Origin: an uncultured Candidatus Saccharibacteria bacterium
Lineage (GTDB): Bacteria > Patescibacteriota > Minisyncoccia > Phycocordibacterales > UBA1006
Assembly (NCBI GenBank): GCA_964620145.1
Contig: CAZUGR010000002.1
Span: forward strand, 1 to 46,441
Length of the DNA stretch: 46,441 bases
Direction: 5' to 3'
Within the stretch, counting starts at the first letter, position 1; each line of letters begins with the position of its first letter. Positions 35,246-44,737 of the stretch are shown piece after piece. Position numbers and translations under genes: made by a program. Below the pieces are notes generated by a model, which saw only the letters and a program-made list of their open reading frames with translations, did no database searches and was not told where the DNA came from.

Positions 35246-35746
35246 ATGAAAAAAACAATGATAGGTATTCTTTTTTTAGGGATTTTTTTTAGCACTACAC
35301 AATATATTTCTGCTCAAGAAGTAGAAGTTTCTATTGAATCTGGTGACAGAGATTTTGTACAAGAAAATTTGAGTAAAATAAAATCTTTTTCTCTAAATCA
35401 ATATGAAAAGATTGATGTATGGAGAATGACACAAGTAGATACTTGGAAAGCAATAAAAACAGAAAAAGAATTACAAATTATTGAAGGAGAATTAGAGCTT
35501 GATGATAACAGAAATGAACGCGTTGATCGCGTATTAAATGAAGAACAAGTTTCCCTGATAAATAATTCAGGGCAAGATTTTGAAAAAACAGGAAATGTCT
35601 TTTTATTAAAATTATATACAGCATTGCTTGGGATTTTTGTTTTTGTTTTTTCGACACCAGTATTTTTCTATGGAATTATTCTTTTTATTATAATTATAAT
35701 TATTAATAAAATTTTTAATCAACTGTTTAATAGGAACAATTTTTAA
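35246..35746 (+). CDS. hypothetical secreted/membrane protein
   Basis: Signal peptide (MKKTMIGILFLGIFFSTTQYISAQE) and a C-terminal hydrophobic anchor. Confidence 0.55.
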   Translation: MKKTMIGILFLGIFFSTTQYISAQEVEVSIESGDRDFVQENLSKIKSFSLNQYEKIDVWRMTQVDTWKAIKTEKELQIIEGELELDDNRNERVDRVLNEEQVSLINNSGQDFEKTGNVFLLKLYTALLGIFVFVFSTPVFFYGIILFIIIIIINKIFNQLFNRNNF

Positions 35747-35749
35747 AAT

Positions 35750-36028
35750 ATGCAAGCATTAATGATACGTCTACTGAGTGTTGTAGGGTTATTTATATTA
35801 GGATTAATTTTTCCTTGGTGGGTAGTAATTATCGGTGTTGTGATAATGTCGTTTATATTTAATCATTTTTATGAAGCGGTGATTATTGGTGTAATATATG
35901 ATATTTTTTTCAGAAATATAGGAACTGAATGGTACTTTTCTTTCTCACATACACTTATACTTTTGATTGTTGTCATTATTATGTCTAATGTCCAAAAAGT
36001 TATGCGCAGACCAAAATTATTTTCTTGA
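35750..36028 (+). CDS. small 3-TM membrane protein, possibly MreD-like
   Basis: 92 aa. Its stop overlaps the PBP2 start. GVIYDIFF resembles the MreD GxxxD motif, but this is weak. Confidence 0.4.
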   Translation: MQALMIRLLSVVGLFILGLIFPWWVVIIGVVIMSFIFNHFYEAVIIGVIYDIFFRNIGTEWYFSFSHTLILLIVVIIMSNVQKVMRRPKLFS

Positions 36029-37734
36029 TTTCTATGATTTTTAGACGACCAAAAAAAATTCTTTATAATTCCATTGACCCTGATCAGATTCTTTTAGATT
36101 CCCAAAACAGTCCTGGTTTTAATACGCAACAATTCGAAGGAGTTATTGAAAAATCAATCAGCAAGCGTTCTATTTATACGCTTGGTTTTTTGGTTACTAT
36201 TATATTTATAATTTTTGTTGGACAATTACTCAAGGTACAAATTGTTCAGGGAGAGAAATTTTTTACATTAAGTGAACGTAATCGACTTGATCAGATTCCT
36301 ATTTTTTCAGAGCGAGGAGTTATTTTTGATAGAAATAATAAAGCAATTGCTTGGAATATTCCAGGGCCAGAAGAAGAACCTTTCTTGTATCGGCAATATA
36401 TTGAACAAGGTGGTTTTGGACATTTGCTTGGTTATGTTGGGTACCCAACTCGGGATAAGTCTGGATTCTTTTGGCGTGAAAATGTAATTGGGAAATCTGG
36501 AGTAGAGAAAAAATTTAACCAAGAGTTATCAGGCACTAATGGGAGTAAAATAGTCGAGGTAAATGCTGAACAAAAAATTGTTACTGAAAACATGGTAATT
36601 CCACCAGAGTCAGGAAGTAATATTATTTTAACTATTGATAGTGATATACAATCAGAGTTATTTAATGCAATCAAACAACATGCAGAGGAAAATAGATTTG
36701 AAGGAGGTGCTGGAATTATTATGAATATAAAAAATGGGGAAGTGCTTGCTATGACAAGTTATCCTGAGTTTGATTCAAATATTTTATCACAAGGAAAAGA
36801 TGTTGCTATTATTGGTGATTATGCAGTTAATCCACGAAAAGTGTATTTGAATCGTGCAATTTCTGGGCTTTATACTCCTGGGTCAATTATGAAACCTTAT
36901 TTGGCTATTGGGGCACTCCAAGAAGGTATTATCAACCCAAATACAACCATCTTTAGTTCAGGCCAAGTAGAAATACCAAACCGTTACAATCCAGAACAGC
37001 CTCAAATTTTTCGCGACTGGAAAAAGGGAGGGCATGGACCAACTAATATGTATACTGCGATAGCTGAATCAGTGAATACTTATTTTTACGCCATTGGTGG
37101 TGGTTATAAAGATCAGACTGGTTTAGGTATTTCAAAAATTGAATCGTATGTAAAAAAATTTGGTATTGGTCAATCTACAGGATTTTCTTTGGAAAATGAT
37201 AAAAATGGAGTAGTTCCATCTCCAGAATGGAAATTAAAAACTTTTCAAGATGGTGCATGGCGACAAGGTGACACTTACAACTCTTCTATTGGGCAATTCG
37301 GGTTTCAAGTATCTTTACTGCAAATGGTGCGAGCAGTTGGTGCATTGGCAAATAATGGGGAACTAATAACGCCGCACATACAAAAAGATATTCCTATTGA
37401 AAATTCTGAACGATTATCTGTTACAGGTATTGATACAAAAAATTACAAGATTATTCAAGATGCAATGAGGCAAACAGTTACGCGAGGCACAGCGCAATTA
37501 TTAAATGTTTCTTATGTTTCTGCAGCTGCAAAAACAGGAACAGCACAAACTGGGGCAGCAAATCGCTCTATGAATTCTTGGGTAACTGGTTTTTTCCCTA
37601 CAGAAAATCCTACCTATGCATTTGTTGTTATGATGGATACTGCTCCTTCTACAAACGAAGCAGGAGCTTCACGTGTTATGAGAAATGTTTTTGACAGTAT
37701 ATATAATCGTGACCCTAATTTTTTCAATTTTTAA
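36025..37734 (+). CDS. mrdA: penicillin-binding protein 2 (elongation transpeptidase)
   Basis: SxxK (GSIMKP), SxN (ESVNTY), KTG (AKTGTA), and an N-terminal TM helix. Start is TTG 36025 or ATG 36034. Confidence 0.9.
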   Translation: MISMIFRRPKKILYNSIDPDQILLDSQNSPGFNTQQFEGVIEKSISKRSIYTLGFLVTIIFIIFVGQLLKVQIVQGEKFFTLSERNRLDQIPIFSERGVIFDRNNKAIAWNIPGPEEEPFLYRQYIEQGGFGHLLGYVGYPTRDKSGFFWRENVIGKSGVEKKFNQELSGTNGSKIVEVNAEQKIVTENMVIPPESGSNIILTIDSDIQSELFNAIKQHAEENRFEGGAGIIMNIKNGEVLAMTSYPEFDSNILSQGKDVAIIGDYAVNPRKVYLNRAISGLYTPGSIMKPYLAIGALQEGIINPNTTIFSSGQVEIPNRYNPEQPQIFRDWKKGGHGPTNMYTAIAESVNTYFYAIGGGYKDQTGLGISKIESYVKKFGIGQSTGFSLENDKNGVVPSPEWKLKTFQDGAWRQGDTYNSSIGQFGFQVSLLQMVRAVGALANNGELITPHIQKDIPIENSERLSVTGIDTKNYKIIQDAMRQTVTRGTAQLLNVSYVSAAAKTGTAQTGAANRSMNSWVTGFFPTENPTYAFVVMMDTAPSTNEAGASRVMRNVFDSIYNRDPNFFNF

Positions 37735-37779
37735 AGTATTTGTTTTCATGGTAGAGCTATGATATAATGGAAATTGTTT

Positions 37780-38052
37780 ATGAAACATTCTAATATTATT
37801 TTAATTATTGGTATTTGGCTTATTATTGTAATGATTGCCGGTATTCCAATGGGAATGAAAAAAATTCTTGTCATTTTACCAGCATTATTTCTCGTTGCTA
37901 TGGGTATTACTGCAATGCGTAATGAATATAAAGTTAAGAAAGAAGTTATTGCTCAGCATAATGAAATAATCCAAGATATTGTTGAGGATATTGTCTCTGA
38001 GTCAGAAGAAATTATTGATCAAGAAGTTAAAAAATTGCGAGACATTCTTTAG
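37780..38052 (+). CDS. small membrane protein
   Basis: Two TM helices followed by an acidic tail. TGaTATAAT at 37760-37768 lies upstream; start taken at ATG 37780. Confidence 0.5.
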   Translation: MKHSNIILIIGIWLIIVMIAGIPMGMKKILVILPALFLVAMGITAMRNEYKVKKEVIAQHNEIIQDIVEDIVSESEEIIDQEVKKLRDIL

Positions 38053-38091
38053 TTTTACTAGTTTTTGTTTTTCTATTTAATTTATTTTTTT

Positions 38092-39315
38092 ATGATATCA
38101 AAACCAATTGTGATCACAGGTATATTAGTTACGATCATTGCTGGTTTTTTTGTGTTTGGACTTGTTCTTGCTAAAAACACAGATAATGCCTTATTTGATT
38201 TTTCGTTCTCAAATAATTCGCAACAAGAAAATCACTCACAATTTGTCGAGTTAAATGAACTTGAACAACAAGAAAATAATAATTCTATAGAAATACCTCT
38301 CATTGAAGAAAATCAAACAGAAGAATTTCAAAAAGTTGCACATATCGCAACACCTAAAGAAGTAAAAGCTATTTATATGTCAGCCTGGATTGCAGGTACC
38401 AAAAAAGAACGAAATCGATTAATATCGTTAATAGAAAATAGCTCATTAAATGCGGTTGTAATCGATATTAAAGATGCGACAGGAAGAGTTTCTTTTCTTG
38501 TTGATAACCCTATAATAAAAAATACAGGATCTCCAGTAAAAAGAATTTCTGATATTTCTGAATTTATTGAAGAATTACATGACAAGAATATTTACGTTAT
38601 TGGTAGAATTTCTGTTTTTCAGGATCCATATCTTGCTCAAAAGAATCCAGATTGGGCAATACAAAGTGTTTCAATAAGTGACCCTTGGAAGGATCGCAAA
38701 GGTTTATCTTTTCTTGATCCAACAAATAAAAACGTTTGGGAATATACAACTGTATTAGCTCAAGAGTCTTATAATATTGGTTTTGATGAGATTAATTTTG
38801 ATTATATTCGGTTTCCTTCAGATGGTAATATGAAAGATGTTCTATATCCAGTCGGTTTAGGCAGTAAGTCAGATATGATGGAATTGTTTTTTAAACATCT
38901 TCATGAAAAAATGTCTCTTGCAAATATTCCAACTTCAGCAGACCTTTTTGGTTTAGTTACAGAAGCTGCAGATGATTTAGGAATTGGACAAGTACTTGAA
39001 AAATCTCTTCCTTATTTTGATTTTATCTCGCCTATGATTTATCCATCTCATTATGGGAAGGGTTATAATGGGTTTACTAATCCGGCAGAGCATCCTTATT
39101 CTGTTATTTCTCGTGCAATGAAGGAGGGGAATCGACGTGCACAAATACTTGGTTTTGGTCCAGAAAAATTCCGTCCATGGATTCAAGATTTTGATATGGG
39201 GGCTCGATATGATTACAAGGAGGTAGTTGATCAAATAAAAGCACTCCAAGAACAAGGGATTAATAGTTTTATGTCTTGGGATCCAGCTAATAAATATACA
39301 CCAGAAGCTTATTAA
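38092..39315 (+). CDS. putative glycoside hydrolase-like TIM-barrel protein (DUF4015-like)
   Basis: AIYMSAWIAG...LNAVVIDIKDATGRVSF...IYVIGRISVFQD matches my memory of the DUF4015 pattern. It has an N-terminal TM helix. Confidence 0.55.
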   Translation: MISKPIVITGILVTIIAGFFVFGLVLAKNTDNALFDFSFSNNSQQENHSQFVELNELEQQENNNSIEIPLIEENQTEEFQKVAHIATPKEVKAIYMSAWIAGTKKERNRLISLIENSSLNAVVIDIKDATGRVSFLVDNPIIKNTGSPVKRISDISEFIEELHDKNIYVIGRISVFQDPYLAQKNPDWAIQSVSISDPWKDRKGLSFLDPTNKNVWEYTTVLAQESYNIGFDEINFDYIRFPSDGNMKDVLYPVGLGSKSDMMELFFKHLHEKMSLANIPTSADLFGLVTEAADDLGIGQVLEKSLPYFDFISPMIYPSHYGKGYNGFTNPAEHPYSVISRAMKEGNRRAQILGFGPEKFRPWIQDFDMGARYDYKEVVDQIKALQEQGINSFMSWDPANKYTPEAY

Positions 39316-39321
39316 TTTATT

Positions 39322-40527
39322 ATGAAATCATCACATCACAAAAGAATTATTTTTATTATTGTAGGAATTTTAATACTTGCTACTGGTTTTTCTGCTGGAT
39401 TTTTATTTGGTAAAAGTAAAAATATTGCACAAGGAAATACTTCTGTGAATTCTTTTGAACAAGTTGTTGGTTTAGGTCAATTTTGGAGTGTGTGGAATTT
39501 ACTTAATGAAAAGTATCCATTCAAGGAAAAGATTCCTACTGATACTGATCGTATTTATGGAGCAATTGCCGGCATGGTTTCTTCTATAGGTGACCCGTAT
39601 ACAGTATTCTTTTCACCAAAAGAAGCAAAAACATTCGCGGAAGACGTGAAAGGTGAGTTTGGTGGGATTGGAATTGAAGTTGCTAATAGGGATGGATTAC
39701 TCACTGTGGTAAGTCCTTTAAAAGACACGCCAGCAGAAAAATCAGGAATTCTTGCAGGTGATGTTATTGTAAAGATTAATGGGAATACTACCGAAGGAAT
39801 GACAACTGATCATGTTGTTAATATTATCCGTGGTAAAATTGGCACAACAGTTAATCTAGATATTTATCGAAAGGGGGAGATTGATTTTAAAACATTCACA
39901 ATCACTCGAGAAAATATTGTCGCTCCAGTTATTGATACAAAAATTGAAGGAGATATTTTTGTAATTAGCCTTCATAGTTTTTCTGAATCATCTACTCGAT
40001 TATTTAAAGAGTCTTTTCAAGAATTCAAATCTAGTGGTTTGAAAAAAATGATTATTGATGTTCGAAATAATCCAGGAGGTTACCTAGATTCAGCTGTTGA
40101 TATTGGGAGTTATTTTGTGCCACAAGGAAAAATTCTTGTACGAGAAAATAATGGCGATATTATCCCAGAAAAACTAATTCGCAGTCATGGAAGCGATACT
40201 GTATTACCTAATGGTTTTAAAATGGTAATTCTTACTAATAATGGTTCAGCTTCTGCATCAGAAATTCTAGCAGGAGCATTATCTGAGCACGGCATTGCTG
40301 ATATTGTTGGAACAAAAACATTTGGTAAAGGTTCTATTCAAGAACTTGTCTCACTTCCGGACGGATCTTCATTAAAAGTAACTGTTGCAAAATGGTTTAC
40401 ACCTAATGGTGTATCTATTTCTGAAAAAGGCATTACTCCAAAATTTATTGTTGAAGAAAAAGCTACAGAGGAAAATAAAGATCCAATTTTTAATAAGGCC
40501 TTTGAATTGTTAAAAGGTCAGAGATAA
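39322..40527 (+). CDS. ctpA: carboxy-terminal processing (S41) protease
   Basis: PDZ segment [18 protein letters not shown], catalytic Ser in [15 protein letters not shown], and Lys in GTKTFGKGS. Confidence 0.9.
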   Translation: MKSSHHKRIIFIIVGILILATGFSAGFLFGKSKNIAQGNTSVNSFEQVVGLGQFWSVWNLLNEKYPFKEKIPTDTDRIYGAIAGMVSSIGDPYTVFFSPKEAKTFAEDVKGEFGGIGIEVANRDGLLTVVSPLKDTPAEKSGILAGDVIVKINGNTTEGMTTDHVVNIIRGKIGTTVNLDIYRKGEIDFKTFTITRENIVAPVIDTKIEGDIFVISLHSFSESSTRLFKESFQEFKSSGLKKMIIDVRNNPGGYLDSAVDIGSYFVPQGKILVRENNGDIIPEKLIRSHGSDTVLPNGFKMVILTNNGSASASEILAGALSEHGIADIVGTKTFGKGSIQELVSLPDGSSLKVTVAKWFTPNGVSISEKGITPKFIVEEKATEENKDPIFNKAFELLKGQR

Positions 40528-40541
40528 TTTGTAAAAAACAT

Positions 40542-40982
40542 ATGAAAGTTTTGTTTATAAAAAATTTAAAAGGAAAAGGTAAAATTGGCGAATCAAAAGA
40601 AGTTTCTGATGGATACGCACTAAATTTCTTGATTGCAAATGGATATGCAATAAAAGCCACAGAACAAGTTTTATTGCAACAAAAACAGTCAGAACAAGAA
40701 AAAGATCAACTTTTTCAAGAGTATGATAATAATATCAAGAAAAATATTACTGAATTACAAGGAAAGAAAATTAACATACTAGTTACAAAAAAAGACTTGA
40801 AAGGGAATTTGTATAAGTCAGTAAGTGTTGAAGAGATTATTTTCTCCCTCCAGAAACAATTGCAAATTTTTATTGATAAGAAATATATTAAAAAATATAC
40901 AGGAATAAAAACTATAGGAATACATACAGTTTCATTTGAATATAAAGATGTCACTGCAAATCTTCTTGTCGAAGTTCAATAA
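40542..40982 (+). CDS. rplI: 50S ribosomal protein L9
   Basis: [36 protein letters not shown]. Confidence 0.9.
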   Translation: MKVLFIKNLKGKGKIGESKEVSDGYALNFLIANGYAIKATEQVLLQQKQSEQEKDQLFQEYDNNIKKNITELQGKKINILVTKKDLKGNLYKSVSVEEIIFSLQKQLQIFIDKKYIKKYTGIKTIGIHTVSFEYKDVTANLLVEVQ

Positions 40983-40983
40983 T

Positions 40984-41011
40984 AAAACCTCCTTTAATTA
41001 AAGGAGGTTTT
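40984..41011. terminator. bidirectional terminator between rplI and rpmA
   Basis: Near-perfect palindrome AAAACCTCCTTTAATTAAAGGAGGTTTT. Confidence 0.8.
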
Positions 41012-41015
41012 ATTA

Positions 41016-41288
41016 TTAAATAACGTTGGCTACTTTTTTTTGTTGAGTAGTCCCGTCAAATTTTGCTTTTCGTTTTGTTGAAAATTTAACTTTACCTGGT
41101 TTTGTTGCAAATAAAGTATGATCTTTTCCAACTGAAACATTTGATCCAGCCAAGATTCTTGTTCCTCGTTGTCGAACAATAATTGCACCAGCTTGTGCAA
41201 ATTCTCCGTCATAGAGTTTTGTTCCCAAGTATTTTGGATTTGAATCAGTTAGGTTTTTTGCGGAACCTCCCGCTTTTCTTGTTGCCAT
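41016..41288 (-). CDS. rpmA: 50S ribosomal protein L27
   Basis: [18 protein letters not shown]...[13 protein letters not shown]. Confidence 0.95.
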   Translation of the reverse strand: MATRKAGGSAKNLTDSNPKYLGTKLYDGEFAQAGAIIVRQRGTRILAGSNVSVGKDHTLFATKPGKVKFSTKRKAKFDGTTQQKKVANVI

Positions 41289-41380
41289 AATTAATAAATA
41301 AGGTTAAATAATTACATATCTTGGTAAAATATGATATAATAGTAGTATAACCTAAACTTAAAAAATAATCAAGCTTTTGT

Positions 41381-41842
41381 ATGGATGAAAAGATTGTAAA
41401 ATTTATTAAACAAGCGTCTGTATTACGTTCAATTTATTTCATTGGATGTATGGTTATTTCTTTTGGTGCAGGTGTTATTGTTCACGCTCATGTGATTAAT
41501 AATAGTAATCAACCGGTTATTCTACTACCAAAACAACCTATCCCACTGGCACATCGTTATAAAAATCCAAAAATAGAAAATCCCTATGACTTAACCCCTG
41601 CAGTAGAATTACTTGACGATGATAGTGATGAGCTTGTTTTAATGGAAAATAATTCTCAGGTTTCTAATATTACTATTACCGCACAAAATGAAAAAAATTT
41701 TGTTGCATCAAAAACTGGCACAAAGTATTATCCTCTTGATTGTGGAACCGCTAATAGAATCAAAGAAGAAAATAAAATATATTTTTCAACGGAACAGGAG
41801 GCGCAAGAAAAAGGTTTTGAAAGAACTTCTACTTGTAAATAA
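41381..41842 (+). CDS. membrane-anchored protein with C-terminal Cys-motif (Ada-like / sunset-type) tail
   Basis: N-terminal TM helix. The C-terminus is KYYPLDCG...IYFSTEQEAQEKGFERTSTCK. Confidence 0.5.
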   Translation: MDEKIVKFIKQASVLRSIYFIGCMVISFGAGVIVHAHVINNSNQPVILLPKQPIPLAHRYKNPKIENPYDLTPAVELLDDDSDELVLMENNSQVSNITITAQNEKNFVASKTGTKYYPLDCGTANRIKEENKIYFSTEQEAQEKGFERTSTCK

Positions 41843-41854
41843 ATTATATTCATT

Positions 41855-42751
41855 ATGAAAAACAAAAATACATTAACTTTATTCATTGTTGTTATTACAG
41901 TTATTGCTGGATATTTTTTTGTGTTTGAAAAAAATGCAAAAAGGGAATTAGAAGTACTTGCAAATACAGATACAGCAGATCAAATTTCAATAGAATTGCT
42001 TGATGGAATTATTTCTGAACTACCATATAATAATAATCAAAAAGAAATATCGAATAATATACAAAAGAAAAAAAATATTAATCAAGAGAATATTTTGAAT
42101 ATTATCAATTTAGAAAGAACAAAAAGGGGATTGCTACCACTCAAGCAAAATATTTCACTGGATAATGCGGCAATAGAAAAAAATGCAGATATGTTTGATT
42201 TTCAATATTTTTCTCATAATTCGCCACATAATGACGATAAAGATTTTTCCTATTTCATAGATAAGCAAAATTATCACTTTATTCGAGTGAGTGAAAATTT
42301 GGCAATGGGTGACTTTACTACTGCACAAGAGGTAGTTGACGCATGGATGAAGAGTGTAACACATAAGGCAAATATTATTTTTCCTCACTATACTGAAACA
42401 GGAATTTCTGTTGAGTACGGTAATATGGAAGGAAAAAAGGTGGTCTCTATTGTACAGTATTTTGGCGTACCAAGAGCAGTATGTCCTACAATATCTGAAT
42501 CCATAGTAAGTCTTATGAAAAGTCTCGAGAAGGACGCACTCGATGCTCATGAGTCTGTAGAAGATCTACAAAGTGAGCTAGACTTGACTGAAAAGCTGGA
42601 AAAAAGAGATACAATCATTTCTACTTTAATAGAAAAATATAATACGAGTGTGAGGACTTATAACCAACTAGTGAAAGATTTTCGAACTATTAAAGAAGAA
42701 TATGACAAGCAATTAAAATCATACGAGACTTGTATACGGAAACTTGATTAA
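41855..42751 (+). CDS. CAP/SCP (PR-1-like) domain protein with coiled-coil tail
   Basis: N-terminal TM helix, then YFSHNSPH, ENLAMG and AWMKSVTHKANI. Confidence 0.7.
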   Translation: MKNKNTLTLFIVVITVIAGYFFVFEKNAKRELEVLANTDTADQISIELLDGIISELPYNNNQKEISNNIQKKKNINQENILNIINLERTKRGLLPLKQNISLDNAAIEKNADMFDFQYFSHNSPHNDDKDFSYFIDKQNYHFIRVSENLAMGDFTTAQEVVDAWMKSVTHKANIIFPHYTETGISVEYGNMEGKKVVSIVQYFGVPRAVCPTISESIVSLMKSLEKDALDAHESVEDLQSELDLTEKLEKRDTIISTLIEKYNTSVRTYNQLVKDFRTIKEEYDKQLKSYETCIRKLD

Positions 42752-42789
42752 AGGTAGATAAATAAACAAGGGAGCACAAGGGCAAGGTG

Positions 42790-42816
42790 AAAATAGGATT
42801 TAATCCTATTTTTTTG
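42790..42816 (+). terminator. rho-independent terminator
   Basis: AAAATAGGAT-TTA-ATCCTATTTT followed by a T-run. Confidence 0.7.
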
Positions 42817-43046
42817 TGTATTTATTTATTATTATATAATGTCGCACAATATATCTTTTGCGACATAACGTCTGCTTTTTTATGCCACTTATGATTAAGT
42901 GGCTGTGTAGTATTTAAACTTTACCTCTTTAGGCACCCGAGCTTTTCGTGGAGGTATGCAATTTCAAGGTTCTGGTTACATTATAAACTCCCCCCTGAAT
43001 ATAGCAAGCTTTTTGACAAGTCCTTAATCTGCCGGCTTAGCCGGTC

Positions 43047-43289
43047 TTATGATGCTTTATTTAACTTTGAAGGAGCGAACCTTACTAGGATACCTTTGAT
43101 GGTCTTCCTATCACGGCCGAATAGCTTCCCCAGTGTATTTGTATTGTAGAGCTTAGGATCTGTCTCATATAAGGTAACAATGGCTTTATTTCTAAGCCAT
43201 TCTACCTTTCCACGCCCACCTTTGGGCTTAGGAATTGTTACTTCTTCAACTGTAGTCATATAAGAGAATCTATCACAAAACTCCCACAT
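43047..43289 (-). CDS. small HTH DNA-binding protein (excisionase/regulator candidate)
   Basis: 80 aa. NTLGKLFGRDRKTIKGIL is a resolvase/transposase-type HTH pattern. Its start codon is embedded in an ACTCCCACA motif copy. Confidence 0.5.
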   Translation of the reverse strand: MWEFCDRFSYMTTVEEVTIPKPKGGRGKVEWLRNKAIVTLYETDPKLYNTNTLGKLFGRDRKTIKGILVRFAPSKLNKAS

Positions 43290-44535
43290 TTACAATGTAG
43301 AATTATGCGACTTCCATTGCCTTATACGTGCTAATTAATGGATTTGCTATCGGTTGATTGAATCTAAGTCCCACAAATTTCTCAACAACATCGAGAGATT
43401 CTTCTTTACTGAATCTGAGGTATTGCATACCTGCTCGAGGGTTATTATCTGAGTGTCCTAGGATCAATCCGATGAATTTGAGGCTCGCACCTTGCTTAAC
43501 AAGCTCATGAGCGCCACCGTGCCGTAAGGCGTGGCATGAGATAGCTTTTTCTATTCCTGCTTTCTCACGGGCAATTTTGAGCCAGCGTTCAACACTTCGG
43601 GTCGCAAGCCTTTGGCATGATCCATTACTTTCGTGAACGAATAATGCTTCATGATCTGAGAATGCTTTTCTTTTCTCTACGTACTTCATAAGCAATCGAT
43701 GTGTATTTTCGGACCACATAATCCATCGTTTCTTGTAGTTCTTTTTACCGATTATTTCCGTAAAGTTCTTTTGCGACACTATGTCGCTAACATTTAGATC
43801 TACAAGCTCACTAACACGTATCATTGAGTCCCACATCATCCTGATCGCAACGAGTCGCATCAGGTCACTGTAGGAATTCTCATTTAGGGTCGCACACATT
43901 CTTTCAACTTCTTCAGGTGTGGCTACCGGCCTTTCTGGAGGCTGGAATCGAGGATTACGAATAAGGAATGGGTGGACATGCGTAGCTCGACTGGCCTCTA
44001 GCCATTTGTAGAAGTTTTTAATTACATTATTGTGGTTAGCAATGTTGCCGTCGTTGTACTTTAATTTCAGCGACGCTCGGAATTGCGAGATATCTTCGAG
44101 TGTGATTTCGAGAGTATCTTTGTTACCAACATAATTGTATAGATGCTCAAGATACGGACGATAGACTTTTGCTGCCGTACGAGTCTCTGTCTGTTTCCAG
44201 AGCAGATATTTTTCAATTGCGTCTCTTAGTAACATGGTTTTGTTATTTTAATTTAAGATCAAAGAGACCTTTCAAATTGCAGTTGTTTTCCGAGAACAAC
44301 AATAGCAACTCCCACATTTTTCAAGGAACGAAGAAAGGCATGATCTGGTCAGGCCTGATGTGGGCTTCCCCTCGGTAGGGACAAAAGGTCAAGGCTAATA
44401 ATGGTTTTTCAGCGCTACCATTCTCCCCTGCTTGGCACGTGCGCATAAGAAGAGTGGTTACTTGGCATTATACTCCCACATTTAGAAAATGCAAATAGCA
44501 ATAAAATAAAGGACATTTGTGGATAAACTCCCACA
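43280..44535. repeat. four exact same-orientation copies of ACTCCCACA, plus one degenerate copy at 42985-42993
   Basis: Exact copies at 43280-43288, 44308-44316, 44472-44480 and 44527-44535. Three of them share ACTCCCACATTT. Confidence 0.7.
43303..44235 (-). CDS. tyrosine recombinase / phage-type integrase
   Basis: Full catalytic set: R in MIRVSELVDL, HxxR in HALRHGGA, H in LGHSD, Y in MQYLRF. Confidence 0.9.
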   Translation of the reverse strand: MLLRDAIEKYLLWKQTETRTAAKVYRPYLEHLYNYVGNKDTLEITLEDISQFRASLKLKYNDGNIANHNNVIKNFYKWLEASRATHVHPFLIRNPRFQPPERPVATPEEVERMCATLNENSYSDLMRLVAIRMMWDSMIRVSELVDLNVSDIVSQKNFTEIIGKKNYKKRWIMWSENTHRLLMKYVEKRKAFSDHEALFVHESNGSCQRLATRSVERWLKIAREKAGIEKAISCHALRHGGAHELVKQGASLKFIGLILGHSDNNPRAGMQYLRFSKEESLDVVEKFVGLRFNQPIANPLISTYKAMEVA

Positions 44536-44560
44536 AATAAAATAGGGTATTTTGAGAGGG

Positions 44561-44633
44561 TGTCTCCGGAAGGACTCGAACCTTCAACCTTGGCGATAGA
44601 AGCACCTTGCTCTGTCCATTGAGCTACGGAGAC
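44561..44633 (-). tRNA. tRNA-Arg (anticodon TCT)
   Basis: 73-nt cloverleaf folded by hand on the minus strand: acceptor GTCTCCG/CGGAGAC, D-stem GCTC/GAGC, anticodon loop CTTCTAT, T-arm GAAGG-TTCGAGT-CCTTC. No encoded CCA. Confidence 0.9.
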
Positions 44634-44640
44634 ATAACAA

Positions 44641-44685
44641 AAACCGCAAAAGGCACCGTAGTGATACGATGTCGTTTTGCGGTTT
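44641..44685 (-). terminator. 11-bp hairpin between sppA and tRNA-Arg (sppA terminator and/or tRNA leader structure)
   Basis: AAACCGCAAAA (44641-44651) pairs with TTTTGCGGTTT (44675-44685). A T-run follows on the minus strand. Confidence 0.5.
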
Positions 44686-44737
44686 ATGATCTTCTCCTGT
44701 TTGATTTCATTTGTATTTTTATAGTATCAATTATTTT

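Larger units (their letters stand above)
42985..44560 (-). mobile_element. minimal or remnant integrative module (integrase + HTH) abutting the 3' end of tRNA-Arg; boundaries not defined
   Basis: An intact tyrosine recombinase lies 325 bp from the tRNA 3' end, with a small HTH ORF and iterated 9-mers. I could not find a direct repeat of the tRNA 3' end. Confidence 0.4.

Noticed and set aside
42752-43046. Direct repeat of the tRNA-Arg 3' end (attL/attR) delimiting the integrase element
   Set aside because: I searched by eye for segments of TGTCTCCGGAAGGACTCGAACC. The only hit was an 8-nt match (GCAAGGTG) in the wrong orientation. This needs a computed alignment.
44169-44378. 69-aa plus-strand ORF overlapping the integrase start
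   Set aside because: It is antisense to the integrase 5' end and runs across the repeat-containing spacer. It has no promoter or SD and no family resemblance.
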